Shown piece after piece: positions 11,469 through 21,171 of a DNA stretch of 64,000 nucleotides. The notes under the pieces are model-generated. The model saw only the letters and a program-made list of their open reading frames with translations. It did not search any database and had not been told where the DNA came from. Numbering within the stretch: position 1 is the stretch's first letter; each line of letters opens with the position of its first letter. The translations under genes were made by a program, and so were the position numbers. Source of the DNA: an uncultured Pelagibacteraceae bacterium (GTDB lineage Bacteria > Pseudomonadota > Alphaproteobacteria > Pelagibacterales > Pelagibacteraceae); the NCBI GenBank assembly GCA_902633965.1, contig CACPID010000001.1:11845-75844 (forward strand). Direction: 5' to 3'.

Positions 11469-13088
11469 ATGTCTAGAGAAGTAATGGAATATGATGTTGT
11501 AGTTGTTGGTGGTGGACCGTCAGGTTTGTCAACCGCAATTAAACTTAAACAACTAAATCCAAATATAAATGTTTGCATTTTAGAAAAGGCTGCAGAGATT
11601 GGCGCCCATATTCTTTCTGGAAATGTCTTTGAAACAAGAGCTTTGGATGAATTAATTCCAAATTGGAAAGATTTGAATTCACCTATAAAAACAAAAGTAA
11701 AAAAAGAAAAATTTCTGTTTCTTAATAAAAATAAATCACTAAGCTGGCCTACATGGCTTTTACCTAAAGTACAACAAAATCATAAAAATTATATAATTAG
11801 TCTTGCAAACTTATGTAGATGGCTTGCTGAACAAGCAGAGGCACTTGGAGTGGAAATTTTTCCTGGATTTCCTGCGAGCGAAATTATTTATAATGACGAC
11901 GGATCTGTAAAGGGAGTTGCCACACAAGATATGGGAATTGATAAAGATGGAAATAAAAAAGATAGTTTTGAATCTGGAATAGAACTTCATGCTAAAGTAA
12001 CTGTATTTGCTGAAGGGTGCAGAGGTCATCTAGGTAAAGAATTAATTAAAAAATTTGAATTAAATAAAGATAAAGATCCACAACAATATGGAATTGGTTT
12101 TAAAGAAATTTGGGAAGTTGATGATAGTAAACATGAAGAGGGGTTAGTGATGCATACTGCCGGGTGGCCATTAGACAATAAAACCTATGGTGGTAGTTTT
12201 ATCTATCATGCTGAGAATAAACAAATTTTTTTAGGATATGTAATAGGGTTAGATTATCAAAACCCCCACTTGTCAACTTTTGATGAATTCCAAAGATTTA
12301 AAACTCACCCTTCAATAAAAAAAATGATTGAGGGAGGAAAAAGAATTTCTTATGGCGCAAGAGCGCTCATAGAGGGTGGTTTACAAAGTTTACCAAAAAT
12401 GTATATGCCAGGTGCTTTACTTGTTGGTTGCGATGCAGGAACTTTAAACATGCCAAAAATAAAAGGTTCTCACACGGCAATGAAGAGTGGGATAATAGCT
12501 GCCGAAACCATTAATGAATTTATTAAAGATAATAAAGACTTATCAAGTTATGAGGAAAAATTCAAAAAAAGCTGGGTTTATGAAGAGTTACATGCGGCTA
12601 GAAATGTGAAACCGAGCTTTAGTTGGGGACTGATTTTAGGAATAATATTTACAGGAATTGATCAGATACTCTTTAGAGGCAAGTTACCATTTACTCTAAA
12701 ACATAAACATGCCGACCACGAATGTTTGAAGCCTGCTAGTGAGATGCCTAAAATTGAATACCCAAAACCTGATAATAAAATCACATTTGATAAAACAAGT
12801 TCTGTTTATCTAACAGGAACAAATCATGCAGATAATCAACCAGTGCATTTAAAATTAAAAGATAAAGATTTACCAATTAAATACACTCTTGAAAAATTTG
12901 ATGAGCCAGCACAAAGGTATTGTCCAGCCGGAGTTTATGAAGTTCAAATAGAAAACAATATTCCAAAGTTTGTAATCAATGCACAAAATTGTATTCATTG
13001 CAAAACTTGTGATATTAAAGAACCATCACAAAACATTACTTGGGTCACCCCAGAAGGTAGTGGTGGACCACGATATGGAAATATGTAA
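11469..13088 (+). CDS. ETF-ubiquinone oxidoreductase
   Basis: GGGPSG, GAHILSG, RYCPAGVYE and NCIHCKTCDI 4Fe-4S motif. Confidence 0.95.
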   Translation: MSREVMEYDVVVVGGGPSGLSTAIKLKQLNPNINVCILEKAAEIGAHILSGNVFETRALDELIPNWKDLNSPIKTKVKKEKFLFLNKNKSLSWPTWLLPKVQQNHKNYIISLANLCRWLAEQAEALGVEIFPGFPASEIIYNDDGSVKGVATQDMGIDKDGNKKDSFESGIELHAKVTVFAEGCRGHLGKELIKKFELNKDKDPQQYGIGFKEIWEVDDSKHEEGLVMHTAGWPLDNKTYGGSFIYHAENKQIFLGYVIGLDYQNPHLSTFDEFQRFKTHPSIKKMIEGGKRISYGARALIEGGLQSLPKMYMPGALLVGCDAGTLNMPKIKGSHTAMKSGIIAAETINEFIKDNKDLSSYEEKFKKSWVYEELHAARNVKPSFSWGLILGIIFTGIDQILFRGKLPFTLKHKHADHECLKPASEMPKIEYPKPDNKITFDKTSSVYLTGTNHADNQPVHLKLKDKDLPIKYTLEKFDEPAQRYCPAGVYEVQIENNIPKFVINAQNCIHCKTCDIKEPSQNITWVTPEGSGGPRYGNM

Positions 13089-13463
13089 TCAAGAAAGATC
13101 TATTGCAAACTTTTTCAAAGTTTCAATTGGGATTAGTTTTAAAGTATTTTCATGAGTTTTTTTTAAATAAATAGGACAACCTTTTCCAGCCTCAACTGCT
13201 TTAGCATACCAACCAGCACAAACACACCAACTATCACCATTTTTTAAACCAGGAAAGCCAAATTCAGGATGTGGGGTAATTAAATCGTTACCCGCTTGCT
13301 TGCACCATTCTAAAAATTCATCATTAACTTTTGCGCAAACTGTATGTACTCCAGTATCATTTTCATCAGTTTTACAACAACCATCTCGATACCAACCAGT
13401 TAAAGGATCTAAAGAACAATCTTCTAAAACTTCACCCAAAACATTTTTTTGTTTATCAGACAT
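13089..13463 (-). CDS. DUF2237 family protein
   Basis: CSLDPLTGWYRDGCC, GNDLITP, FPGLK and WCVCA. Confidence 0.88.
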   Translation of the reverse strand: MSDKQKNVLGEVLEDCSLDPLTGWYRDGCCKTDENDTGVHTVCAKVNDEFLEWCKQAGNDLITPHPEFGFPGLKNGDSWCVCAGWYAKAVEAGKGCPIYLKKTHENTLKLIPIETLKKFAIDLS

Positions 13464-14065
13464 TAAATAGTCTTTGAAATTTTTTTATCTACTTCAAGAT
13501 TAAAAGAGAAAGATCTTCTTTCACCCTCAACTGAAAAAGGATATGCAGTGTGCATTAAGTAGTTTGGGAAAATTATCATATCACCAACTTTAGGTACATG
13601 GTTGTGTATACTATTTGAAAGAAATGATTTTTGACCACTTATAAAATCTATTGTTCCATTTGTTTTTGTATTTTTTTTATTCTTTGTTAAATTTTTTGGA
13701 ATTTTTAAGTAACCAACACCTGAAATATCTCCGTCATGAAAATGAATAGGGTTGTATTCATTTTTAAATTGTCTTACGACCCAAAAATTTTTTATTTTTA
13801 TTTTATTTGTGTTCTGGTTTATTGATTTTTTAATATATGAGGAAATATTTTTTAACAGAAACTTTTTAATTACTTTGCTTGTGAATTGATCTGATAATCT
13901 TATTTCTTGGTATACTTGTCCAACAACTTTTTTAGAGTAATCATTTTTTTTTGACAATTTTTTATTAAAAATTATCTTATCAACTTCTAAATTAATTTTA
14001 TTAACAATTTTTTTTGGAATTTTAACTTTTGCTAATACTGGTCCAAACGGATTAAATACTTTCAT
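13463..14065 (-). CDS. Putative 2OG-Fe(II) oxygenase (TIGR02466-like)
   Basis: YNPIHFH, IFPNYLMH and RRSFSFN. Confidence 0.75.
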   Translation of the reverse strand: MKVFNPFGPVLAKVKIPKKIVNKINLEVDKIIFNKKLSKKNDYSKKVVGQVYQEIRLSDQFTSKVIKKFLLKNISSYIKKSINQNTNKIKIKNFWVVRQFKNEYNPIHFHDGDISGVGYLKIPKNLTKNKKNTKTNGTIDFISGQKSFLSNSIHNHVPKVGDMIIFPNYLMHTAYPFSVEGERRSFSFNLEVDKKISKTI

Positions 14066-14067
14066 TT

Positions 14068-14535
14068 TTAAATTTTTGTAGGATTTGGTTGACCTTTATA
14101 TACCTTTTCTGGATCAAATTTTTTCTCTTTCTCTTCAAAATTCATTTTTATATTTCTTGCATTATCTATTTTTCCAAGCGGAATAGATCTATAAAAACAA
14201 GATCTATATCCAACATGGCAACTTGACCCATCTCCAATATCAACACTTAACCATACAGAGTCTTGATCATCGTCAATTCTAATTTCTTTTATTTTTTGAA
14301 CAAATCCACTTGTTTTACCTTTATGCCAAATTTGTTTTCTCGATCTACTCCAATAGTGCGCCTCTTTTGTTTCTATTGATAGTTTAAGAGCTTCAACATT
14401 CATAAATCCATGCATTAAGATTTCTTTAGTTTTTGCGCAAGTTGTCACAACAGGGATCAACCCGTCATTATCAAATTTTGGTGATAATAGGCTACCTTCC
14501 TCAATTTCAGCGACATTTTCTCTTTTTTTAAACAT
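14068..14535 (-). CDS. hisI: Phosphoribosyl-AMP cyclohydrolase
   Basis: YWSRSR..W.KG.TSG and CHVGYRSCFYR. Confidence 0.93.
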   Translation of the reverse strand: MFKKRENVAEIEEGSLLSPKFDNDGLIPVVTTCAKTKEILMHGFMNVEALKLSIETKEAHYWSRSRKQIWHKGKTSGFVQKIKEIRIDDDQDSVWLSVDIGDGSSCHVGYRSCFYRSIPLGKIDNARNIKMNFEEKEKKFDPEKVYKGQPNPTKI

Positions 14536-14611
14536 TTCAAAGATTTTTTAACATATTAAGAAATATAATAAACATTTTAAAATTATAGAATTAATATATA
14601 AATCTCACTTT

Positions 14612-15214
14612 ATGAAATTAGTAAAAAACGAAAACGAAAAAAAACAAGAAAAAGTTACAGACGAAGAAGCAAGAGAAGCATTTGTAAAAATTCTTAAATG
14701 GATAGGTGAGGACCCAACTAGAGAAGGGCTTCTTGAAACTCCAAAAAGAGTAACTAAAGCATTTAAAGAGTATTTTAAAGGTTACCAAGAGGATCCAAAA
14801 GAAATATTAAACAAAACATTCGGTGATGTTGAAGGTTACAGTGATATGGTGGTTCAAAAAAATATATCAGTGCAAAGTCACTGTGAGCACCACATGGCGC
14901 CTATAATTGGAATTGCGCATGTTGCATATATTCCAAATCAAAGAGTAGTAGGGCTCAGTAAAATTGCTAGAGTAGTTGAAGTATTCTCAAAAAGATTACA
15001 AACTCAAGAAAGACTAACAGTTCAAATAGCCAATACATTAATGGAAGCATTAGATGCTAAAGGAGTTGCGGTAACCATAGATTCAACTCATCAGTGTATG
15101 ACTATGAGAGGTATTAAAAAAGAGCAGGCTACAACAGTTACTAATTTTTATTTAGGTCAATTTAGAGACGATTTAAGTTATCAAAATAGATATTTGAGAT
15201 TCATCGCAAAATAA
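14612..15214 (+). CDS. folE: GTP cyclohydrolase I
   Basis: REGLLETPKRV, SHCEHH, GLSKIAR and QERLT. Confidence 0.96.
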   Translation: MKLVKNENEKKQEKVTDEEAREAFVKILKWIGEDPTREGLLETPKRVTKAFKEYFKGYQEDPKEILNKTFGDVEGYSDMVVQKNISVQSHCEHHMAPIIGIAHVAYIPNQRVVGLSKIARVVEVFSKRLQTQERLTVQIANTLMEALDAKGVAVTIDSTHQCMTMRGIKKEQATTVTNFYLGQFRDDLSYQNRYLRFIAK

Positions 15215-15229
15215 TATTAATTAACATAA

Positions 15230-16234
15230 ATGTCAGATAAATTTAAAGCCTTGGTTTTAAACCAAGAGGGTGAAAATTTTACTAGAGAAGTAAAGGACCT
15301 AGATAAAAGTTTTTTAAAACATGGGGATGTTACTGTTAAAGTAGATTACTCTAGTTTAAATTATAAAGATGCATTAATTTTAAAAAATGGTGCAAGATTA
15401 GTAAAAGAATTTCCACATATTCCAGGTATAGATTTTTCAGGTACGGTTGTTGAAAGTCAAAATCAAAAATTTAAAGAAGGCGATGAAATAATTCTTACAG
15501 GATGGAGAGTAGGCGAGATTTATTTTGGTGGCTACTCTCAATATGCAAAAGTGAATGGAGAATTTCTAGTTAAAAAACCTAAATCTCTTACATCCAAACA
15601 AGCAATGATATTAGGTACTGCAGGGTTTACTGCTTTACAATGTGCTTTTACTACAAAACAAACCAGAGAAGTTTTACTACTTGGAGAGAAAGTTCAAGAT
15701 GTTTTAGTTACTGGAGCATCTGGTGGAGTGGGTAGTATTGCAACAATGATTTTAAGTAAGTTGGGATGTAATGTAACTGCCGTTACAGGAAAGGATAGTA
15801 ACAGTGAATATTTAAAATCAATTGGTGCTAAAAATGTAATAAATACAAGTGAATTAGATAAAGAAGCAAGACCATTAGATAAAGGCATTTACGATGGAGC
15901 AGTTGATACAGTTGGAGGAAATATTTTATCAAATGTTTTATCTCACGTTAAAGATGCTGGTATAGTTGCAGCTTGTGGAAATGCATCAGGAATAAAACTA
16001 AATACCACGGTAATGCCTTTTATTATAAGAGGTGTGAAGCTTTGGGGTATAAACTCTGTCACAGCATCAATTAAAAGAAGGGAATTTTTGTGGGGGGAAG
16101 TAGAAAAATTAGTTGATTTTGCTTTACTTGAAAAATCTATAAAAGAGGTAAGTCTTGGCGAATTGATTGATGTATACCCAAAAATGTTACAAGGGAAAAC
16201 ATCAGGAAGATATATCGTCAATTTAAACAAATAA
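15230..16234 (+). CDS. acuI: Acrylyl-CoA reductase, AcuI/YhdH family
   Basis: YSSLNYKD, PGIDFSG, TGASGGVGS and PFIIRGV. Confidence 0.85.
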   Translation: MSDKFKALVLNQEGENFTREVKDLDKSFLKHGDVTVKVDYSSLNYKDALILKNGARLVKEFPHIPGIDFSGTVVESQNQKFKEGDEIILTGWRVGEIYFGGYSQYAKVNGEFLVKKPKSLTSKQAMILGTAGFTALQCAFTTKQTREVLLLGEKVQDVLVTGASGGVGSIATMILSKLGCNVTAVTGKDSNSEYLKSIGAKNVINTSELDKEARPLDKGIYDGAVDTVGGNILSNVLSHVKDAGIVAACGNASGIKLNTTVMPFIIRGVKLWGINSVTASIKRREFLWGEVEKLVDFALLEKSIKEVSLGELIDVYPKMLQGKTSGRYIVNLNK

Positions 16235-17124
16235 TGGATTGGGATAAATTAAAAATTTTTCACGCTGTTGCTGAAGCTGGGAGTTTTACAAGCGCCACAG
16301 TAAACCTAAATCTTAGTCAATCAGCTATCAGTAGACAAATTCAATCCCTTGAAGAGGATTTAAAAGTAAAATTATTTGAAAGACATGCGAGAGGACTTAC
16401 TTTAACCGAAAATGGTGAATATGTTTTTAAAACTGCCCATGAAGTGATTAGCAAATTAAAAGAAGTTGAAACATCTCTTTCAGATCAAAAAAATCATCCA
16501 ACAGGCAAAATTACAATTACAACAGTTAGAAGTTTTGGTACACACTGGCTAACACCTAGAATTCAAGAGTTTATGCAACTCCACCCAGAAATTGAGGTTG
16601 AGTTAATTTTTGATGATAAAGAATTAGATTTAAGTACAAGACAAGCAGACATTGGAATTTTTATGAGAAGACCCAAACAGCTTAATTATATTCAAAAGAA
16701 GCTAATAGATATTAATTACCATATTTATGGATCTACTAAATATCTTGAAAAACATGGTATGCCAAAAACCATTACAGATTTAAATAAACACAGATTTATA
16801 TCATTTGGAAAAGGAACACCCTCACCTGTATATAATCCAGATTGGGCACTTAAAATTGGCATGAAAGACAATAAAAAAAGAAAATCTATTATGAAAGTAA
16901 ATAGCGTTATGGGTCTATTATTAGCTGTGGAAAGCGGTGTTGGATTAGCTGCGTTACCAGATTATTTAAGTTATCAATCAAATAATATAATTAAAGTTTT
17001 ACCTAAAGTAGAAGGACCAATTACAGAGGCACATTTTGTATATCCACAATCAATGAAAAACGTTGCTAGAGTTCAAGCTTTTAGAAATTTCCTTTATAGC
17101 AAGATTTCAGAGTGGGAATTTTAA
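16234..17124 (+). CDS. LysR family regulator (VtlR/LsrB-like N-terminus)
   Basis: MDWDKLKIFHAVAEAGSFT...SQSAISRQI HTH and LysR substrate domain. Confidence 0.9.
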   Translation: MDWDKLKIFHAVAEAGSFTSATVNLNLSQSAISRQIQSLEEDLKVKLFERHARGLTLTENGEYVFKTAHEVISKLKEVETSLSDQKNHPTGKITITTVRSFGTHWLTPRIQEFMQLHPEIEVELIFDDKELDLSTRQADIGIFMRRPKQLNYIQKKLIDINYHIYGSTKYLEKHGMPKTITDLNKHRFISFGKGTPSPVYNPDWALKIGMKDNKKRKSIMKVNSVMGLLLAVESGVGLAALPDYLSYQSNNIIKVLPKVEGPITEAHFVYPQSMKNVARVQAFRNFLYSKISEWEF

Positions 17125-17125
17125 G

Positions 17126-17185
17126 ATTGACATCTGCGTCAATTCGTGCGATTGATAATCATTATCATTGAGAATAGTTCTCAAT
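17126..17185 (+). promoter_or_regulatory. Iron-uptake promoter with tandem Fur-type boxes
   Basis: TTGACA at 17127 within the palindrome ATTGAC-N6-GTCAAT; perfect 7-1-7 TGATAATcATTATCA (17153-17167); ATTGAGAA-tag-TTCTCAAT (17167-17185). Confidence 0.8.
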
Positions 17186-17218
17186 ATCAATAGTAACAGT
17201 GCGGAGAAACGGAGATAA

Positions 17219-18244
17219 ATGAGGAAAATAAGCATAATATCAATCTTATTTACTTTGGTTTTTGGTTATTCAGTTGCATCAGAAGTAAATGTTTTTAATG
17301 CAAGACATTATAAAGCTGATGCTGAACTTTATAGCAAGTTTACAAATAAAACTGGAATTAATGTAAATTTAATTAACGGGAAAGCAGGAGCTCTTGAAAA
17401 AAGAATGATTGAAGAGGGCGCTGATTCTTCTGCAGACCTTTACATAACAGCTGATGCTGGAAGATGTGGGGTTTTCAAAGCAAAAGGAATGACGCAAGGT
17501 GGATTAATTTCACCAGCTATTAAAGCTGCAGTACCTGCAAATTTTAGGACTTCGCATTGGACTGGTATCGCGAAAAGAGCGAGAATAGTTTATTACGCAC
17601 CTGAGCGAGTTAGTGGAGCTGAATTGTCAGGCTTAACATATGAAAGTTTAGCCGATCCAAAATGGAAAGGTAGATTAGTAATCAGAAAATCTAGCAATAT
17701 CTACAATAAGTCTTTAGTGGCTTCATTGGTAAAAAATAATGGAAAAAAAGCTACAGCTGATTGGGCAAAAGGCGTTGTTGCTAATATGGCAAGAACACCA
17801 GAGGGTAACGATAGAGCACAAATTATGGCGGTAGCTGCGGGAGAAGCTGATATTGCAGTTGCTAATACTTATTATTTGGCACTTATGCTATCTGGTAAAA
17901 AAGGTCCAGAGCAACAAGAGGCTGCTAAAAAAGTTAAAGCATTCTTTCCAAACCAAAATGATAGAGGAACTCACATGAATATTAGCTGCGCTGCTTTAGT
18001 AAAAGGTGCACCTAATAAATCAAATGCAATTAAACTTGTAGAGTTTTTATTAACTCCAGAGTCCCAAGAGCACTTTGTTAATAATACATTTGAATTTCCT
18101 ATGATTGATGGTGTTTCAGCAAATCCATTAGTTGTAAACAATATAGGTTTAGATTTTAAACAAGATCTAAAAACTAAGGTTTCTAGCTATGGTGCAAAAC
18201 AAGCAGATGCATTAGAGGTAATGACTACAGCTGGTTGGAAATAA
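17219..18244 (+). CDS. Fe(III) ABC transporter periplasmic binding protein (FbpA/FutA/SfuC type)
   Basis: Signal peptide, ARHY, ADLYITADAG, NTYY iron-ligand motif and GTHMNIS. Confidence 0.92.
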   Translation: MRKISIISILFTLVFGYSVASEVNVFNARHYKADAELYSKFTNKTGINVNLINGKAGALEKRMIEEGADSSADLYITADAGRCGVFKAKGMTQGGLISPAIKAAVPANFRTSHWTGIAKRARIVYYAPERVSGAELSGLTYESLADPKWKGRLVIRKSSNIYNKSLVASLVKNNGKKATADWAKGVVANMARTPEGNDRAQIMAVAAGEADIAVANTYYLALMLSGKKGPEQQEAAKKVKAFFPNQNDRGTHMNISCAALVKGAPNKSNAIKLVEFLLTPESQEHFVNNTFEFPMIDGVSANPLVVNNIGLDFKQDLKTKVSSYGAKQADALEVMTTAGWK

Positions 18245-18246
18245 GT

Positions 18247-18417
18247 ATGAAAGATAAAAAAGAATTTATTTCTGAGATTAATTATAATAAATCAGCAGAG
18301 CCATGTCCTGCATGTGCAACTGAATGTGAAAAAATTAATAACAGGATAAATAAAAGAAATTTATCTGAGATTAAAAACGAGGAGGTTCCGCACATCCTAA
18401 AAGTTTTTGATTTCTAA
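18247..18417 (+). CDS. Small Cys-motif protein (56 aa, CPACATEC)
   Basis: ATG 2 nt after the fbpA stop, upstream of the terminator. Confidence 0.5.
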   Translation: MKDKKEFISEINYNKSAEPCPACATECEKINNRINKRNLSEIKNEEVPHILKVFDF

Positions 18418-18432
18418 ATTTCTTAATTTACT

Positions 18433-18471
18433 CGTCCACGGTATTTTACCCTTACCGTGGACGTTTTTTTT
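18433..18471 (+). terminator. Intrinsic terminator inside the iron operon
   Basis: 11-bp stem CGTCCACGGTA/TACCGTGGACG followed by T8. Confidence 0.85.
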
Positions 18472-18494
18472 ACGATTATAAGGCGGATTATAAT

Positions 18495-20117
18495 ATGAAA
18501 AAAATTAATTTTTGGTATTTATCATCTTTCCTAATATCATTTGTTGTAATAATTCCAATTATTACAGTAGGAATTAGTTTTTTTGAAGAGACCAGTAATT
18601 ATTATAAAATTTTAAAAGACACTTTTTTAATAGAATATATTTTAAATTCATTAACTTTACTTGTGTTGGTTTTAATATTCACATTTGTGATAGGAACAGG
18701 AACCGCTTACTTAGTATCATTTTTTAAATTTCCTTTTAGCGATTTTTTTAAGTGGGCATTAATTTTATCTTTTGCAGTTCCTCCTTATATTTATGCATAC
18801 TCTTTAACAGCCTTTTTTGATAATTATGGAATTGCTTATACTATTTTAACAAATCTATTTGGTGAAGGTGAATACAACAAAATAATTCCAAAAGTTAATG
18901 GAATGTTTGGTGCAACTTTATCAATGACATTTTCTCTTTTTGCTTATGTCTTCATACTCTCAAGAGCATCATTTCTGTATCAATCTCAAAACTTAATTGA
19001 TCTAGGAAAAAACCTTGGTTTTTCTAGATTTAAATCGTTTTTTAATATAATATTGCCAGCAGCACGTCCTGCAATAGTTGCTGGATTATCTCTTGTGGCT
19101 ATGGAAACTTTAGCTGAATTTGGTGCAGTAGATTTTTTTTCCATAAATACGTTAACAACAGGCATTTATAACTCCTGGATTGCTTTTGATGACCTTGCAT
19201 TTGCCAACAGAATAGCTTCATTACTGTTACTTTTTATATTTTCTTTGTTCATAATAGAAAACCTTTCTAGGAAAAAAGCTAAATATCACTTTAATATCAA
19301 GGGGGGTTTCAAACAAAAGGAAAAAATAAAACTCTTTGGTTATAAGTCGTTGTTAACATTTATTTTTTGTTTTTTTGTATTTTTCATGAGTTTTTTATTT
19401 CCACTAAGTCAAATGTTGTATTGGACAATAAAGTTTCCTGAAAATTTATTGGATTTGCAAATTATAAGTCTATTATTAAATACACTTTACCTGGCTTTAT
19501 TATCGAGCTTAGTTTTAATAATATTTTCGTTAATTTCAAATTATGGAAACAGAGTAACAAATAATAAAATACTTAATATACTATCTACTTTATCAATTTC
19601 AGGTTATGCAATACCAGGTGTAATACTGGCAGTTGCTTTTATAACTTTTATTGCGTGGTTTGATAATACTATTGTTAAATCATTAGGGTTTTTATCCATA
19701 AAAAAAGTATTTATTGGTTCAATATTAGGATTAGTAATAGTTTATTTCATAAGATTTTATTCTTTAGCTTTTAATGGAATTAAATCAGGTTATGAAAAAA
19801 TAAACATTGCTGTTGATGAAAGTGCTTATTTGCTTGGTTACTCAAAAAGAAAAACTTTCACGAATATACATATACCTTTTTTAAGAAACTCGTTATTATT
19901 TATAATAATATTGATTTCTTTGGAAATAATAAGAGAGTTGCCTATCACATTAATTTTAAGACCCTTTAATTTTGAAACTTTTGCTACCACAGCATATATA
20001 TCAGCATCAGAAGATTTACTTGAAGCAGCTGCAGTGCCTTCTTTATTTTTAATTTTAATTGCTTCAATCTTTATTATAATTGCATCAAAATATATTTTAA
20101 GAGAAAATAATGGATAA
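18495..20117 (+). CDS. Fe(III) ABC transporter permease (FbpB type)
   Basis: Two permease modules; ARPAIVAG, ETLAEFG and ELPITLILRPFNFET. Confidence 0.92.
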   Translation: MKKINFWYLSSFLISFVVIIPIITVGISFFEETSNYYKILKDTFLIEYILNSLTLLVLVLIFTFVIGTGTAYLVSFFKFPFSDFFKWALILSFAVPPYIYAYSLTAFFDNYGIAYTILTNLFGEGEYNKIIPKVNGMFGATLSMTFSLFAYVFILSRASFLYQSQNLIDLGKNLGFSRFKSFFNIILPAARPAIVAGLSLVAMETLAEFGAVDFFSINTLTTGIYNSWIAFDDLAFANRIASLLLLFIFSLFIIENLSRKKAKYHFNIKGGFKQKEKIKLFGYKSLLTFIFCFFVFFMSFLFPLSQMLYWTIKFPENLLDLQIISLLLNTLYLALLSSLVLIIFSLISNYGNRVTNNKILNILSTLSISGYAIPGVILAVAFITFIAWFDNTIVKSLGFLSIKKVFIGSILGLVIVYFIRFYSLAFNGIKSGYEKINIAVDESAYLLGYSKRKTFTNIHIPFLRNSLLFIIILISLEIIRELPITLILRPFNFETFATTAYISASEDLLEAAAVPSLFLILIASIFIIIASKYILRENNG

Positions 20118-21168
20118 TTTTTTTGAAGTTAAAAATGTTGATTTTATTATTGATGGGAAAACAAAAGTTAAAAATATGTCGTTTTCAATTGAGAAAGAAG
20201 GTGACATTGTTTGTTTGTTAGGACCATCTGGAATTGGAAAAACTACAATACTCAGAGCTATCGCTGGACTACAAAAAATTAAAAATGGCCATATTAAATT
20301 AAAAGGGAAAGTTTTAGCCTCAGATAAAATAAATATTGAGCCTGAAAATAGAAATATATCTTTAGCATTTCAGGAGAATAGTTTGTTTCCACATTATACT
20401 GTGGAAAAAAATATATTATTAGGCGAAGAAAAAAATGCAGATAAAAAAGATAAACAAATAAGCTTTCAGGAGATAGTTGATATATTAGATATTTCTCAAA
20501 TACTAAATCAATATCCTCATCAAATTAGTGCTGGTGAGGCTCAAAGAGCTTCTCTTGCAAGATCACTTTTATCTAAACCAGATCTACTTTTATTGGATGA
20601 GCCTCTTTCAAATGTAGATCAAAGTCATAAAGAAGATATTCAAGAAAAGTTAAAAAAAATGCTATCAAAATTAAAAATAACAACAATAATTGTAACACAT
20701 GACTCTTATGAAGCTTTTTATCTAGGATCAAAATGTGGAATAATCTTAAATAATCAGCTTAAACAGTATGATGATCCTTACAATGTCTATCATCTACCTA
20801 ATTCTATTGAGGTTGTTAATTTCTTAAATAGAGGAATTTTAATACCCGCTAAAGTAACGAGCCCGAAAAGCTTAGAAAATGAGGAACTAGGCACTATAAC
20901 TGGAAATTTTGTTAAACCATTTCCATTGGGAGCAGATGTGAAACTTTTAATCCAACCAGAGGATTTAGAACATGACGATAAAAGTAATCTTCAGTTAGAA
21001 GTTGTTGATAGAAAGTTTAGAGGTACAAATTTTATTTACACTTTGAAAACTATCAAAAATTTGCTCATACCCGTATTTGTTCACTCTCATCATATTCATC
21101 AACATGACGTACAAGAAAAGTTTGGAATTAAAAGACCAATACACATAGAGCACTTGGTATGTTTTTAA
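20110..21168 (+). CDS. Fe(III) ABC transporter ATP-binding subunit (FbpC type)
   Basis: GPSGIGKT, ISAGEAQR, LLLDEP and operon context. Confidence 0.9.
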   Translation: MDNFFEVKNVDFIIDGKTKVKNMSFSIEKEGDIVCLLGPSGIGKTTILRAIAGLQKIKNGHIKLKGKVLASDKINIEPENRNISLAFQENSLFPHYTVEKNILLGEEKNADKKDKQISFQEIVDILDISQILNQYPHQISAGEAQRASLARSLLSKPDLLLLDEPLSNVDQSHKEDIQEKLKKMLSKLKITTIIVTHDSYEAFYLGSKCGIILNNQLKQYDDPYNVYHLPNSIEVVNFLNRGILIPAKVTSPKSLENEELGTITGNFVKPFPLGADVKLLIQPEDLEHDDKSNLQLEVVDRKFRGTNFIYTLKTIKNLLIPVFVHSHHIHQHDVQEKFGIKRPIHIEHLVCF

Positions 21169-21171
21169 ATA

